Below, in pieces: positions 24,064 to 40,582 of a DNA stretch of 64,000 nt. Source of the stretch: Plasmodiophora brassicae. Taxonomy: Eukaryota. Under the pieces are notes generated by a model. The model was not told the origin of the DNA. It made no database searches and worked only from the letters and a program-made list of their open reading frames with translations. Position numbers and translations under genes: made by a program. The first letter of the stretch is position 1; each line of letters begins with the position of its first letter. The DNA lies in NCBI GenBank assembly GCA_036867785.1, contig CP145409.1:1860001-1924000 (forward strand), read 5' to 3'.

Positions 24064-27000
24064 ATGGGGCGCCCGGCGTCGCCGTCGGTGCTGGCGCAGG
24101 TGCTCGGCGCCGCAGCGGACGCGCTGGACGGGCCGTTCGCCAGGCAGGGCGGCGCCTGGGCGCTGCCGTTCGTCGGAGTCGCGATCGACCGCGCCAGGTC
24201 GTTCCCGGCCCCGTCGGCGGACGCCGCCCAGGACATCTGGTACGACCTGGAGCAATCGGCGAAGACGTTACGTTTCCTGCGTGAGTTTCGTCACGTCGTG
24301 CTCAGCGCGGTCGTTCGCGCTATCGGATGCCGGTTGCTGTTCGCTGGCATACTTGGCAGTGTCGGGGACGACGAGGCGCGTGATGAGCTGTCGGATTCCA
24401 TTGAGCGCGTGCTGGTCCATGGGAAACTGGATGCCCGACTCGCCGAGTGCCTTGACGTGGTATCGCCTGGGGACTGCGTTCGGAAACTGTTGGCCGCCCT
24501 GCCTGACGCGTCGTCGATCGTGGATGTCGTCGATCTCGTCGACCAGCAGCGGGCGGGACGCCACCAACGATATCGATACCTCGGCGTTCTCGTTCCATAC
24601 GCGTTACAGTCTTCGCTCGAGCGCCTGCAGTGCGCTGTGGGATCTTTAGTTGAGCTGGCGCCGTCTGACGCTCACTATCGCATTCGCCTCACGGCTTCCT
24701 CACCTGGGCTGTCTGACATGGTGGCCGTCCTACAAGAATTCTGCGTTCGTGTTCTGCATGCGCCTTCTACAGTCTGGTTAGAGAGTGTTCTTGGTGGACG
24801 TTCGGCCTGGACTGTGTCCGAAGTCGCTGTGGTCGCTTTGTGTGTGGAAGGCGGGTTACATGAAGTTGCTCACGTATGGCGCAAGCTCCGTTCGTCCTGG
24901 CTCAACTTGGTGGGGTCACTGATCGACAGCGATGAATCCGGTCAACTATTCGCTGTTTTCTGCCGCCTCGTCGAACTTGGAGCCGCCCTGGGCGTTGCCA
25001 ACAAGTCAAATCCTCCATCGCGTCTAAACGTTGAACACGTTCGTGCTGCGATCTTGGACCTAGAACGCGAGTGCCGCCTTGCATCGCGATTTACCAGGCA
25101 GTGGCCATACTCGCGTATCACATGGTTCACCCAGATATCGCACGCGTCATCTGTATTCGAACTTCGTCAAGCGCTTCTCGATATGGAGCACCACATACGC
25201 AGTAGCCAGTTGCCAAAGTTATGGCCGTCCAACATGTACGGGATGTGGGCATATCCCCTGCTTCCGTCTGCCTGTTCCCTGGGTTCAGTTCGTTCCGCCC
25301 TACTATCGTTTGTCGTTCTGCTCCCGGACGATACCGCGTTTGTGCCTAAATGGCCACGTCAGTTCTGGGTCCGATCTGTGTCCACCTGTGAACGAGTATT
25401 TCCATTTGGCGAGCTTCTTATTGATTTGGAAACCTTCCTTGAGTACGACGCGCTCTCGTCATCCTGGACGGAATATCGATCCCTGTGGGGACGCGCTGTT
25501 CACGCGTGCGACACAGCGTCCAGTCTCGCGTCATGCGTGCTGGATTTGGAGTCGTTCGCGACAAACTGCCTTCCACAATCATGGTTGAATTCTCAGCGTC
25601 GCGCGAACTGGGTTTCCACATTGGATGCACTGATCATGTCCGACGAGTCAGGGCGCATCTCCAGGATTAAACGCGTTGCTCTGAGGATGTTCCGGGCCTT
25701 AAAGGCAAGCGTATGGGCATCTGCTTTCCGGAAACGACGCGACGAACTCTATTCGCGCTTACTGTCTTGTCGGACCGCCATCCAGGTCGCGGGATTGGTT
25801 CAGTGGGCCGCTGATCACATAACGGTCATAGCGTTGAGCTCGGAATGGTTCAACACGATTAACGTTGCATTCAACTCGTTCTTCCTCTGCGTTTGCCTGA
25901 TCGTGTTGGACGGCATGCTACCCGACGGGGCATTTGAGGAGAGCGAATCGGAAACTCGGGAGTGGCTCGAGGACTTGTACACCCTCCGGCGATGGCATAC
26001 CTCGAATTCGTCTGTGCGTTCCACGCGTTCCGTTCTGGCTGCTTTCGAAGACCACCTTGATCCCGACGTGATGCGGCAGACATGGGTGTCAGATCGTCTT
26101 CTGTGGCAGCGCGTGGTCGCGATCCAAACGACGGATGACGGTATACGAGCGTGTATTGATTCTTTGCTGGCTGCGTTTCTCAAACCCGTTAAACTGGCGC
26201 ACTCATCGCGCGCTGCCGCTTCCACGTTAATTGCGCTTGATTGTATTCTGCCTGATTCTGCGTTCAATCCGAACTGGTTTCGAATTCGCGCCTTGTCACG
26301 TCTGTCACTGCGTTCATCGCCCGTGTCCACACAAGTTCGCGTTGCCGTTTGTCTGGCAACGTTGGTGCAGAATACGGTACGCGACGGCGTCTACCACAGT
26401 ACTGACGTGTGCGACTACGTGGCGCTTTGCGATTTCGAGACTCTCAGGAAGGCGCTAGTCAGTGTTGCCCAGTCCTGCAACGTGGACGCATTTGAGCCCA
26501 ACTGGATCGACCACAAAGCTGTCTGGCTGGAGGCTGTCGACAGAGCGTCCTCCGCAGGCGACCTTAGCGAACCTGTTCTCAACCTGATGCTGTTCATGAA
26601 CAATGCCCCAGATTCGCAGCGCCTCCTGTCGCATTACTTTCATCAGTTGCGGGAAACGTGGGAAATGGCTTTGCTGGCCTGCGACGACGCTGTCGAATGC
26701 GCCCAGCCCCTGGATCATGCATTAGATTATGTTGACGAAGACGACATTGTCGCTGCACGACGCTTACGAATCGACCTGTGGCTGGACGAGCTGGAGCCAC
26801 TCGGACTGAGGCGCTGCCTTGACTGGGAACACGCTGCTATTGACAACGCGTTATCATTTGCAGACCTGGGCATGGGATTGGGACGCGCCATTCTCCGGAC
26901 CTACCTTTCCTGCACGTCTCTGCGGAAGTGCATCGGCGTTGAAGTACGCCTCCAGGTACCAATGGACGTTGCCAGGTCGGACACTGATCCTTGCTCATAG

Positions 27001-27479
27001 GCATCCGCCAATCGTTTCAAGACCACTGTCGCCGCGTTACGCCAATGGCCTGGGCTTGAAGTCGTAGTTGATGTGCCTGCCGCGTGCGTCGTCGCTGATC
27101 GCGACCAGCGTATCCTTGACCTACGTTGCGGTGATCTGTTCGACTGCGAAGACGGTCTGGTTGTCATTGGCGTACGAAACGCGATCTGGCTGAACGTGTT
27201 CTGTATGTAGGCATCCAGTCCGACGTCGTCTTACTGTACATTCGACTGTACCCTGCAATGCGGAGGCGCCTGTGCCGCTTCGTCGTCACGATGAGGCCGG
27301 GTGCTCGCCTGATCACCAACATCGACATTGTATCGTTATTCCTGGCCGTTTTCGATGAACCTGCGCCGTTCGAACAGGTCGCGATCAACCGTTCCACGTT
27401 TGACTGCTTCCGGACGAAAGCGGCGCCGGTCAGCGGCCAACGATTGCTCATCTACCGACGTTTACCAATCGTATCATAA
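24064..27479 (+). CDS. Trp-repeat (WHIM3/WSD-like) protein with C-terminal DOT1-like class I methyltransferase
   Basis: Long exon 1; introns 26944-27000 and 27155-27210 keep the frame; FADLGMGLG, CIGVE, LRCGDLF, SDVVLLY, MRPGARLIT. Confidence 0.75.
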
Positions 27480-27547
27480 TAGAAACGCATAACGAATCCA
27501 CGCCCCCCATTTCGGCTATGCTAGAGAGCTCGCTCGATTTATGACAA

Positions 27548-28409
27548 TCACTGCTTCTTCTCGTCGTCGTCCGCCATCTCCTCTCGGTCCTTCTCGGCCT
27601 TCGCCTCGGCGATCGCCTTCTGGCGAAGCTCCTCGGGGACCCGGACGTGCTTCCGGCCGGATTCGTCACAGACCCAGCTGAGATCCAGCTCGAACTCCTT
27701 GTCCTTGACGTCGTCGTGCAGTTTGTAGATGACCTTCGCGACGATTGATAGCGCTTCGCGAACCGTGACCTTCTCAAAGTCCACCTTCTCCAGCTCGCTG
27801 CACGCCCCGCTCTTCGCCTTGCCGGTTGCGGTCGCGAAGAACCGGTTGCTGACCCCGGATGGGTCGACCTGGTACAGCTCAGGGCCGTCCTTGTCATACG
27901 TCGCAATCAGGACCGACGTCCCGAACGGACGCAAATACCTTCGGCGATGGTCAGACCAAAGGGCGGCCGGACGACGCATGCACACTACCAGTATAGCGTG
28001 TAGGTGTGAACCTCGGACGCGAGGCGGTTGCTCAGGATGTTGCCAGGGATTTGAGCACCGTAGAAGTTCCGGTATTCCTGGCTCTCATGACGCGCGATCT
28101 TGACGATTCTGCGCGCATCGGCAGCCAGCCCAGCCATCGCCACGCCAGCGTGCTCGTCGACAGTAAAGATCCGGCGGTTCCCGCCCGACACGAGCATCTT
28201 GCTCATGACGATGTTCTCGACGCCCAGCACGACCCCGTCCTTGCAGCGAACGCCGATCGCCGTCCTGCAATGCGATGTCAACGTGTCGCCGAGCAGTACC
28301 GGGCGGCGACGAACCCGCTCTTCTCCACGGCCTTGCACGCGTACTCGACCTGGAACACGCGCCCGTCCGGGCTGAACGTCGACGTGCTCAGGTCATACCC
28401 GCTCGACAT
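27548..28409 (-). CDS. PSMA3: 20S proteasome subunit alpha7 (alpha type-3), 3 exons
   Basis: [59 protein letters not shown]. Confidence 0.95.
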
Positions 28410-28607
28410 CGCCGACGACAACCACCAAAACAATCAATGCCGTGGCCGCCGCCGCCGCCCCACCCTGAAGCCTCCTCTCGTTTTCGACAGCCCTTTTTGT
28501 CAATGTCCTCCGACGTCAACAACACCACTGGGACGACGGCGACCGGCGCCCCCTGCCGCCTATGTACATAGGTAGGCTCGCAGCGTTCCGTAAAGCGAGG
28601 CGCTTCG

Positions 28608-28922
28608 TCACTGTTTATTCGTGCTACGTGCAGGATGGAAGTGGTAGTCAAGCGGGCGCGCCGCCTGTAGCTCGCTGTGCAGAATCTGCAGGCGCCGGTC
28701 GACCTCGTCCCGGCCGTACGTGCGCGCGTCCGTCTGCGACGGTCAGTGCGGCAGGTCGCATTGTCGCGCGCGCGACAAACCTACCAGTATCGACAGCTTC
28801 CTCTTCTGGGTCGCCACCTCGCTGTGCTTCGCATAGGCGATCATGCCCGACGCCCCGACAACGCCGGACCCGAACAGCAACCATTTCTCTATGGCCTCCA
28901 GCGCCCTGTCGTGCACAGGCAT
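28608..28922 (-). CDS. Small two-exon protein with one hydrophobic segment (about 87 aa)
   Basis: MPVHDRALEAIEKWLLFGSGVVGASGMIAYA..LSIL, GTAGGT donor, CTGAC branch point and CAG acceptor, then TDARTYGRDEVDRRLQILHSEL. Confidence 0.45.
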
Positions 28923-29072
28923 GGCTCCCTGGTCGGAGACTGCGCCCCTGTTTGTGGGCCCGGCCACCGGAGCAGCGGTCGGCTGCAAAAGCCGCGCATG
29001 AAACCCGCCTGGCTTTCCAGCTGAAATTTCATCGCCGGGCGGAAAGTCCGTCGAAGGGGTGGCCGTCGATCG

Positions 29073-30361
29073 ATGTTCGGGACGAGCGGATCGTCGCTGA
29101 CGGCGGCAAAGTCGAACCCGAACAACGACTTCGAGGTCGACCAGGTCCAGCCCGATGGCATATCGTCGCTGGCGTTCTCGCCGACGCCGGATAACTTCCT
29201 GGTCGCGACCAGCTGGAACAACGAGATCCGGTTCTGGCAGGTCATGCCGAACGGGCAGTCGATGCCGAAGGCGATGACGTCGTCGGCCGACCCGCTGCTG
29301 TGCTGCGCCTGGGGATCCGACAACCAGAACGTGTTTTTCGCCGGCGCCGACAAGGCCGTTAAGCACTGGATCCCGTCGACGAACCAGACGCAGCAGCTCG
29401 GGACGCACGACTCCGTCGTCAAGGAAATGGAATGGGTCAAGGACGTCGGCATGCTGTGCACCGGATCCTGGGACCGGACTCTGCGCTGGTGGGACCCTCG
29501 GTCGGCGGGCTCGCCGAAAGCCAACGTTCGTTGTTGGCCATTCGAGACGACGATATGCGCTGAACGTGTGTGTGTGTGTGTGTAGGTGTCGTTGCCCGAG
29601 CGTTGCTATTCGATGTCGGCCGTGTACCCGTTGCTGGTGGTCGCGTGCGGCAACCGCGGCATTGTCATTTACGATTTGAGGAACCCGTCGACGCCGTACA
29701 AGACGGTCGAGTCGTCGTTGCGGGAGCAGACGCGATCGGTGGCCTGCTTCCCCGATCGCACCGGGTTCGCTGTCGGGTCGATCGAAGGGCGCGTGTCCGT
29801 CCAGCACGTTGAGGAGAAGGTGCGTCTGCTGCCGAGTGGTCGTCTTTGCTGACCCTGGGGGGGAGGCACTGATCGTGCGCGTTGGTCAGGACGCTGGTAA
29901 GAACTTCGCGTTCCGGTGTCACCGGGTTGAACCTGGACCCGACATCTACGCGGTCAACCAGATCCGGTTCCACCCCGGGTTCGGCACCTTTGCGACCTGT
30001 GGAGGTGACGGTGTCGTCAATTTCTGGGTATGGTTCCCGTGTGCACGATGGATCGGCGTGTTGACGCGAAATTGCTGCATGCGTAGGACAAGGAGGCGAA
30101 GCAGCGGCTGAAGCTGTTCGCCTCGGTCGGGCAACCGATATCCGCGTCGAATTTCAACCATGACGGCACCATCTTCGGCTATGCAGCATCGTACGAATGT
30201 GGTTGGCGTCTTGCAATGAGGGCCACCTCACTGACGGCGTGCACAGGTACGACTGGTACAAAGGGTCCCAGTTCTACAACAAGAACGAGGCGAGCCGCAT
30301 ATTCCTGCACGCGGTCAGCGAACTCGACATCAAGCCCCGCGGCAAGAAGAACACTCGCTAG
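29073..30361 (+). CDS. RAE1: mRNA export factor Rae1/Gle2 (WD40), multi-exon
   Basis: [44 protein letters not shown]. Confidence 0.93.
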
Positions 30362-30418
30362 ATACATTGCGTAGCACACAGACGCGCTATGACATGAAGT
30401 CTATGTGACCGGATAGAT

Positions 30419-33608
<3,190 letters not shown>

Positions 33609-34189
33609 GCCTGACGCCCCGCGGCCCCGCCGCCCTCCGGAATCCGTTCGATGTGACGCCGACCTGTCGGATACGACGAATGGCAGTGCCAACCCGCCAC
33701 GGAGTTTCAGGGCCACCAGCAACCTTGTTTATTGGTTGCCCTTCACCAGTCACACGCCACCTGGCAATGGCATGCCCCCGGCCCTGCACGTCACGACCAG
33801 CTACCTATACGAGATCTCCCGCCTGTCGCATTATGCGTCATCGTCTGGCCACTCGTCCAGCGACGTCTGACGCTCGGGAACCGGTGCGTTCTTCACGTGC
33901 GCATGGTTCGATAGTGTGCGGATTTGCAACGGGAACGCACAAGCATCGAACGGTGCACTATCGGCAAGGTCCGGATTAGGGCTCGCCCCCCCCCTTGATG
34001 AGGACAGCCCTACGAATTACATTCTCCCATCAACTCGTATCAAGTCGTTATCTGTGTTTGACACCCGTTGTGTTGTCTTGAGCGTGCCGTCCGTTTAACA
34101 CGTACGGCCACCCGTTACGCGATCGGACAGCGTTGTCTGGTGAGAGCCGGCTGAACCGGTGACGATGGCCAACAGGCGGACTTCGAGAT

Positions 34190-34928
34190 GTGGACGACTG
34201 CCGGATCGGGGATTCGCGAGCGAAATCAGGGCCCCCCAAACTGGCGGGGGCGTCCACAGCCAGTGATCTGGTGCGCGTTCATAGTTCATACGTTTCACGC
34301 GGGAGCATGATGCGCTTGTCGTTGTTCAACGCGGGCCTGCTGCGGCAGTACGAGGACGTTTCGTGCGCTAAGCCAGGCCAACAGATCCCTGCCGAGCACG
34401 CCCCGTGCTATGACCGGATCCCGATTCGCGGCCTCGACGAATCGACCGAGGTCGTGCATCGCCCTCCGCCTCCGTTCCACGGCACAAGGAACCATCCGGT
34501 TCAGGGCCGGGACGTCCCAGGCCACCCGGAGATCATCACGACGATCAGTGGGAAGCGGAAGGAGGCGTCCCCCGTCGTTTCCGAGATGGGTACTGTGGAC
34601 CCGTTTACCGCGTTCAGGTATACTCGCTAAACGTTGTTCAGACCCGGCCGCCCCTCCTGACCAAGCACGACGGCAAGAAGAATCTGAGGAGCCAGCGGGT
34701 GGGCGGCTGTCGGAGCCCAGTGCACAGCGTGTCGAGACGGCGGTGCCACAAGCCGACATCGCGGGCGGCCATCCGACCTCGGGTGACGCCGCCACCCAGC
34801 CCACGATCGCGCGAGATGAGCGCCAGGAGTCGTTAGCCGTTGGCGGCAGTGGCGGGGGAACGGTTGTGTCGCTGGATGCCACCACCGACCTGTTGGCACC
34901 TGTCGACGCTCCTGGGACCGCAGGGTAA
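34190..34928 (+). CDS. Hypothetical protein (uncertain)
   Basis: Overlapping ORFs with no recognisable motif. Confidence 0.25.
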
Positions 34929-34987
34929 GACACCCATCAACGAACGGACACATTAATACATTGGAACCTGATGTGTATGTATTCGCG

Positions 34988-36343
34988 TTATGATCTGGTA
35001 GACAGTAGCCTTGCGACGTCGTCGTTCTCGGAAATGTCCCACAGGGCCAGAACGCCCTCAGTACCACCGGCTGCCAGCATCGTCGGGTCGTCTCGCGAGC
35101 ACTTCAACGTCAGGACGGCGCCCACCTTCAGGTTGCGTTCGCAGAGCACCGTCGGATTGGGTATGTTGTTTAAGTCCCAGACGCGGACTGACTTGTCGGC
35201 AGACCCAGTGGCCAGCAGATCCACTCCCTGACAGAACGACAAGGCACTACACGCCTCCTCGTGCGCTTGCCAGGTTGCTAGCGGGTCGCTTGCTTTGCGA
35301 ACGTCGACGAGCGTCACCCGACCGGATTCGGTGCTAACCGCGAAGACGGCCGCGTTCGCTGGGTTCCATTCCAGGACCTCTACGTCGGCATCGGTTTTGA
35401 CTGAGATCGACTGTTTCGCGGTCCTGGTGTCGACGATGACACATGAACGGTCGTAGGACCCGGATAGAAGCACGACGGGTTCAGTCGGGTTCCAGGACAC
35501 GCTTTGCACCTTGTCCTTGTGATGCGACAGCGTGCTCGTGCAACGCTGCGTGGGCAGGTCCCACAGTTTCACAGTGCAGTCGGCGGATCCAGACGCGAGA
35601 CGATCGCGACCCGATGCAATCCACGACAGGGACATGACGGCGTCCATGTGCGAGTCCTTGTGCAGGCGCACCTTGTGCCCGGATGAGGATCGGACGCCAC
35701 CGAGACGGCAAACAGGCTCGAGGACGTCGATGACGTCCAGGTTCCATATCTCGATGTCGGGCGCGAACGTACCAACGGCCAGGAACGATCCCGCTGCGCT
35801 ACTGTCCTTCGGGTTGATGTTCATCCATTGGAGCGCTAGCGGGAACGAAGGAATGGCGAAGTCGTGGTGGACGTACAGAGATCCCGTGTTGCTGTCGTAG
35901 ACGTGCACCTCAATGTTGCTGTCCTCGTCCTCAGTACGTCCGATGACGAGAACGGCGTCCGTGTCGTTCAGCTCGTAGTCTTCCCGGTCGGACAGGTCGT
36001 CCAGGTTCCCGGCGTCCATCTCCTCCATGCCGTCGTCGTAAACGGAAGCGCTGGACAATAGGCGTTCAGTCACGTCGACCGCACCTGCGTCGTCATCATC
36101 GTCACAGTAAAGGGCCAATGCCGCTTCGAACTCCTCGTCGTTCATATCAGCGACCGCGGCATTGTGCTCGCCACCGTCCTCCAAGTCGTCGCCGTCGCTG
36201 CCATCGCGCATCGAATCATCTTCTATCGGATCCTCGGCCTCCTTCAGGTTTTCCATTGCAACCAGTTCTTCATGGGCGATCTCATATCGAAGAGGGACCC
36301 GCTGGGCGGCGCCTTTCGGGATCCACTGAATTGCAGAGATCAT
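34988..36343 (-). CDS. PWP1: Periodic tryptophan protein 1 (WD40)
   Basis: MISAIQWIPKG, acidic region, LYVHHD, IEIWNLD, LASGSADCTVKLWDL. Confidence 0.92.
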   Translation of the reverse strand: MISAIQWIPKGAAQRVPLRYEIAHEELVAMENLKEAEDPIEDDSMRDGSDGDDLEDGGEHNAAVADMNDEEFEAALALYCDDDDDAGAVDVTERLLSSASVYDDGMEEMDAGNLDDLSDREDYELNDTDAVLVIGRTEDEDSNIEVHVYDSNTGSLYVHHDFAIPSFPLALQWMNINPKDSSAAGSFLAVGTFAPDIEIWNLDVIDVLEPVCRLGGVRSSSGHKVRLHKDSHMDAVMSLSWIASGRDRLASGSADCTVKLWDLPTQRCTSTLSHHKDKVQSVSWNPTEPVVLLSGSYDRSCVIVDTRTAKQSISVKTDADVEVLEWNPANAAVFAVSTESGRVTLVDVRKASDPLATWQAHEEACSALSFCQGVDLLATGSADKSVRVWDLNNIPNPTVLCERNLKVGAVLTLKCSRDDPTMLAAGGTEGVLALWDISENDDVARLLSTRS

Positions 36344-36485
36344 GATCGTGGTGGCTGCCTTTGCGGCGAAAGCACAAATCCGTGACGGACTCCGTGGCGG
36401 ACTTGGACGACTATGGCCCTTGCATTAGCGAATACAACAACGGGACCTGGATGTATCGCCCCTGTCGGTTACATTGGGTTTCCAG

Positions 36486-36759
36486 GTACGTCTTGCTGAT
36501 CGGAACGTCAAGTTCACAGCGGGCGAGGTGGCCTGGCGGATACTTGGACAGGAAGTGCCTAAGAAGGTACCCGATGCCATCCGGCAGCTGACGCCTGCAG
36601 AATACGGCAACTTCGTGCGGTTGACAGGGCTATAGCGAAGGTGAACGCGTGGTGGTGAAGGTCATCTCCATAGCCGACAAGAAGCCGCAGTTGAAGACGT
36701 GTACCCCTTGGAGCCAGCTCGACATCGCCATCGACAGCAGTACGGCGGACGTTACCTGA
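36486..36759 (+). CDS. Possible small spliced gene (5' end unresolved)
   Basis: Two in-frame exons (ADRNVKFTAGEVAWRILGQEVPKK | GYSEGERVVVKVISIADKKPQLK) joined by a GTACC..CAG intron. Confidence 0.3.
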
Positions 36760-36875
36760 TCATCAGCAAGCAGTGGGTTCGGCCTGGCTAAGCGGATCTA
36801 GTCCTTGTTAGACGGCTATGTCGATCGCAGTAGCCGTTCTAGAAACTGTCACCGTCGGCAAATATATTCGGCTAT

Positions 36876-39800
36876 TTAACTATGTGAAATGGGCAGTTGC
36901 GGAATGGAAATGGTTGGGCGCCGAGGTCGTGCACTGGGCGGCGGCGCTTGTGCTGCTGCCCCGAACAGGGACACGAACCGGTACTGAACGAGTTGCTCCA
37001 ACCGATCCAGATCGGTGGCAACGCCCGCTTTCGACTCCACCGGCCGATGCCCGCCCTTCCATTCCTGCTGGTCGTGGCAAATCTCGAGAAGCAGCCCTCT
37101 GTACATGTCCACGATACTACGCGCGTCAGCACCCGCTTGCAGGGCACGTTCCAGGGCGGTCACCGCACACCGTAACCGGTGCACGGACTCGCCATCCTGC
37201 GACGTCTCCACCATCTCCAGGAACCGCTTGTACGCCGGCGTCATCCCGTTCCACCGCCGCACGACTTCGTCGATCAGGTCCCTGTCGGGGTCGACACGAA
37301 CCGCGGACGGCAGCGCCAGCAGGTGCACGCCGCGCACTCTGCACAGCACACGCCGGAACTGCGCCCGCGTCATCGCCTTCGTGTCCGAGTCCCGCGTCGC
37401 CTCCTGGAACAGGCACTGGACGTCGCGGTCGCTGTACCGGGGCGACGTATGCGCAAGGGTACGCGCGAACTGTTCGACGCTGATAAACCCGTCGCCGTCA
37501 TCGTCAACGGCAGTGAACGCCGCATCGATCCAGGCGTCGCGATCGTAATCCAAATCGGCGCGCGCGATCCCGTCCATGACGATCGCCATGAACAGGCCGA
37601 CCTCGATCGCCTTCGGGTGCGTCTTCCATCGGACGTCGTGCGGGTTGAACAGGTCGGTGAGCGCGGGGCGCGCACGCGGCGAGACGACCTGCGCACCGGG
37701 GGACAGCACCACGCGCCAATCCACGAGGGCGCTGTCAACCGCGGTCTGCGTCGGGTGCGGTGGTGCGTGCCCGTCCGCGAAGAACTTCGCGACGATATCC
37801 GCGGCGCGATCCCCGCAGATGTACGCGTTGTCGTTCACGACGATCTTAACGCCGACGGTGCTCGACTGGCACAGGTGCCGCAGGCGCAGCAGGACGTCGA
37901 CGTCGCTGGCAACGGCATCGGGCTGCAGCAGCCGCCAGAACAGGTCGACGAGCCGGTTGCTGGGCCTGTGCGCACGAATGGCGCGCATGACGTCAGCGAG
38001 TTTGCTGAGCACCATGTGCTCGAGGCCGTGCTGCTTCCGGAGCAGGTCGCGTATGAACCGACGCAGGCGGATCGGGTGCGGGGCATCCACGGGCACCCCT
38101 TTCGCGTTACGCGCCACCTTCACCGCGTATGCCGCGTCCAGGACGGCGTCGATGAACCTCAGGACGGCGGGTACGGTCATCATCGGCACGGACGGCACTT
38201 CGCCGTCAGGTGTGTGGACCGGCGCGACGGCACGCACCCGGCGTGTGCGACGAGTGGACGACGACGTAGAACGGGAATCAACCTTGCCACGCGGCCGTAC
38301 GCCGGTGTCGATCGGCGCCGAGTGCGTCTTTGAGCGTCGGGAAGCGGTTACCAGAGGTGCATCCATCATGGTCGCCGGGCGGAACGTCACCGCGCCTTCG
38401 TCCTCTTCCTCGTCACCGAACCCGGCCAGCGAGGAGCGGCGCCCGCCGTCGTGCGATGTGCGTTCGTCCGGCAGAACGCGAACGGTTTCGTTCGACGGGT
38501 CGGCTTGAAGGCGCGGGGCGGTGCGGGATGATGTGCGCGGCGTGGCGGGCACGCTGCTGGTTTGATTGTCGCTGGTGCTTGCCAACGACGACGTTCTGGA
38601 GGTCGGCAGAGCACTGGTGGTTGTGCGTGTGTGCTCAGTGTCGACGTCTGGTGCTTCGGGAAGCGGCCGTGCCGTTAACGGTACAGGTTCGACGCGCGAT
38701 GCCTGCTGAGCGCGTTTCTCCACCAGATCCGCCCGCTCTTCTTGCAGATCGTCGTCGTGGGGGTGCTCCGCGATCCTGGTGAGCTGAAGAGATGGAACTG
38801 ACGGTTTCCGGATCGTCTGCACTTGTGAAAGCGCGCTCGGAAGCACTGGGCACTCCTTGCTAAACACGGGCCGGTCTTCGGTACCTGCTGGGCGGTTGTC
38901 GTCGTTCATCGCAGCAGGAGAATCGTCGTCTTCGACCATGTCAGCATTGAACGCAGCAGTGACGTCCCTGTCAGCATTCGACGCCATCGGCACCTCGGCG
39001 GACGCTGCTGGTTCCGGCTCATTATCGTCAGGCAGGCCAGCGAACAGGGCTATTCCGGCAGGTGTCAATATGGGGCGGCGCCTGCACCTCACGCGGCACT
39101 CTACCCTCAGCGAGGTCGATGATGCGGCCGCATCGCGCGGAGATGGCGTTGGCGCGTTCGGGATCCGATGATTGCTGCTGTCCAGACCTGTTGCCATCCC
39201 GCAGCGATCGGTTCTCGTCGAGCAACGTGACGATCTTGCGATCGAGAACGTCACGTTGCTCGTTCCACTGCCGGCGCAGGTTTAAAAACTGGTCCTCGAA
39301 CACCGCCTGCCGCTTCTCCAGCCTGCTCGTCGTGAGACCCCGGGTTCCAGCCCTCGTTGTTTCAAACTTACGCCTGTCTCTCCGTTTCCCACTGCTTCTG
39401 CTCCCGCTCGTGGCCATCCACGACCCGCTGCAGATCGTCGATACGGCCGACCGCATCATTCAGCTGGATCTGGGTATCATGCAGGTCCCGTCTTAGGTCG
39501 TCGTTAACGTGCGTCAACCCATCGACGTTGTCCTGGGCCTAAACGCGACGTTACGACCAGCATAATGGCAATACAAGAGGCGTACCTTCCGCATGTAGAA
39601 TGGGATGGCGTTCAGCATCTCCTGGTACAGCACGCGAACGTTGGCGAGGAGCTGGCCGCGCTCGTGGCACACTTCCGACTCGTGCTCGATGATCTGCGCG
39701 AACACGCCGTCGTACAGGCGCTGCTCGTTATTACACACGTCGATCACGCCTGAAGCCGTGATCAACGCTGGTCCCAGAGGTATGGTTACTCTCGCGTCGT

Positions 39801-40444
39801 ACCCTGCAGACCGTTCTCGTTGAACGCGTCTTTGGCCAGAGCGCCGACGTCCCCAGCGCTGTCCTCCAGCTCCTTCGACATCTTCGCCAGCCTTTCACGC
39901 TCTGCAAACGGTCAGAATCCGCCGTCCCATACGCACAAGAAGCCCACCTTGGGATCGCAATGGAGGCAACCCGCGAAGCACCCGTCGTTCCCGTTCCAGG
40001 TTCCTGTACGCTTCGCAATTGTCCAACGTTAGACGATTTGGAGCGAGTGCGGGCGATGGCGTCCTTACACTCGAGCATGCTAACGGGGAAAGGCGCCTCG
40101 GCACATATGAACGTATCAGGATCGACCTTCTCGTCGTCCGGGGCCGTGTCACCATAGGCGACCTGGGCCTGGTACCGGTCCCGTGTGCTCTGCGCCAGCA
40201 CCGCCCTGGACAGGAACTCGCGGTGCTGTGCGACCAGCGGGGGCGGGCGCGGCGTCGCCGGCGGCTCTGGTACGAATTTCGTGTGCAGGGCGTGGTCGTG
40301 GCTGTGAAGTCGGGCGTGCAGCCGGTGCGCCGGGGACGGGTTCCGCACCGGCGTGTGCGTACGCACGCCCCGCGCCGATGCGGCGCGGTGATGCCGGGCG
40401 AGGTCGGCGACCAGGTCGCCGTCGTCGTCGTCGCCACCGCCCAT
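36876..40444 (-). CDS. Axonemal dynein light chain-like domain / coiled-coil / EF-hand protein (TSNAXIP1/AXDND1-like)
   Basis: VFAQIIEHESEVCHERGQLLANVR; coiled coil; EF-hand DDDGDGFISVEQF. Confidence 0.6.
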
Positions 40445-40582
40445 TACGATCGGTTATCGAGAGGTACCCGATTGTAATGGTACCGCGACCCTGGTCCCCT
40501 CGCTGAAGCAAATGGACGGTGCGGGACCAGACCTACCTACCCGATCCCGAAGAAATCTCCATCGCTCGACAGGGCAGCGCCC

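Noticed and set aside
29566-29583. (TG)n microsatellite
   Set aside because: Short and intronic; unremarkable
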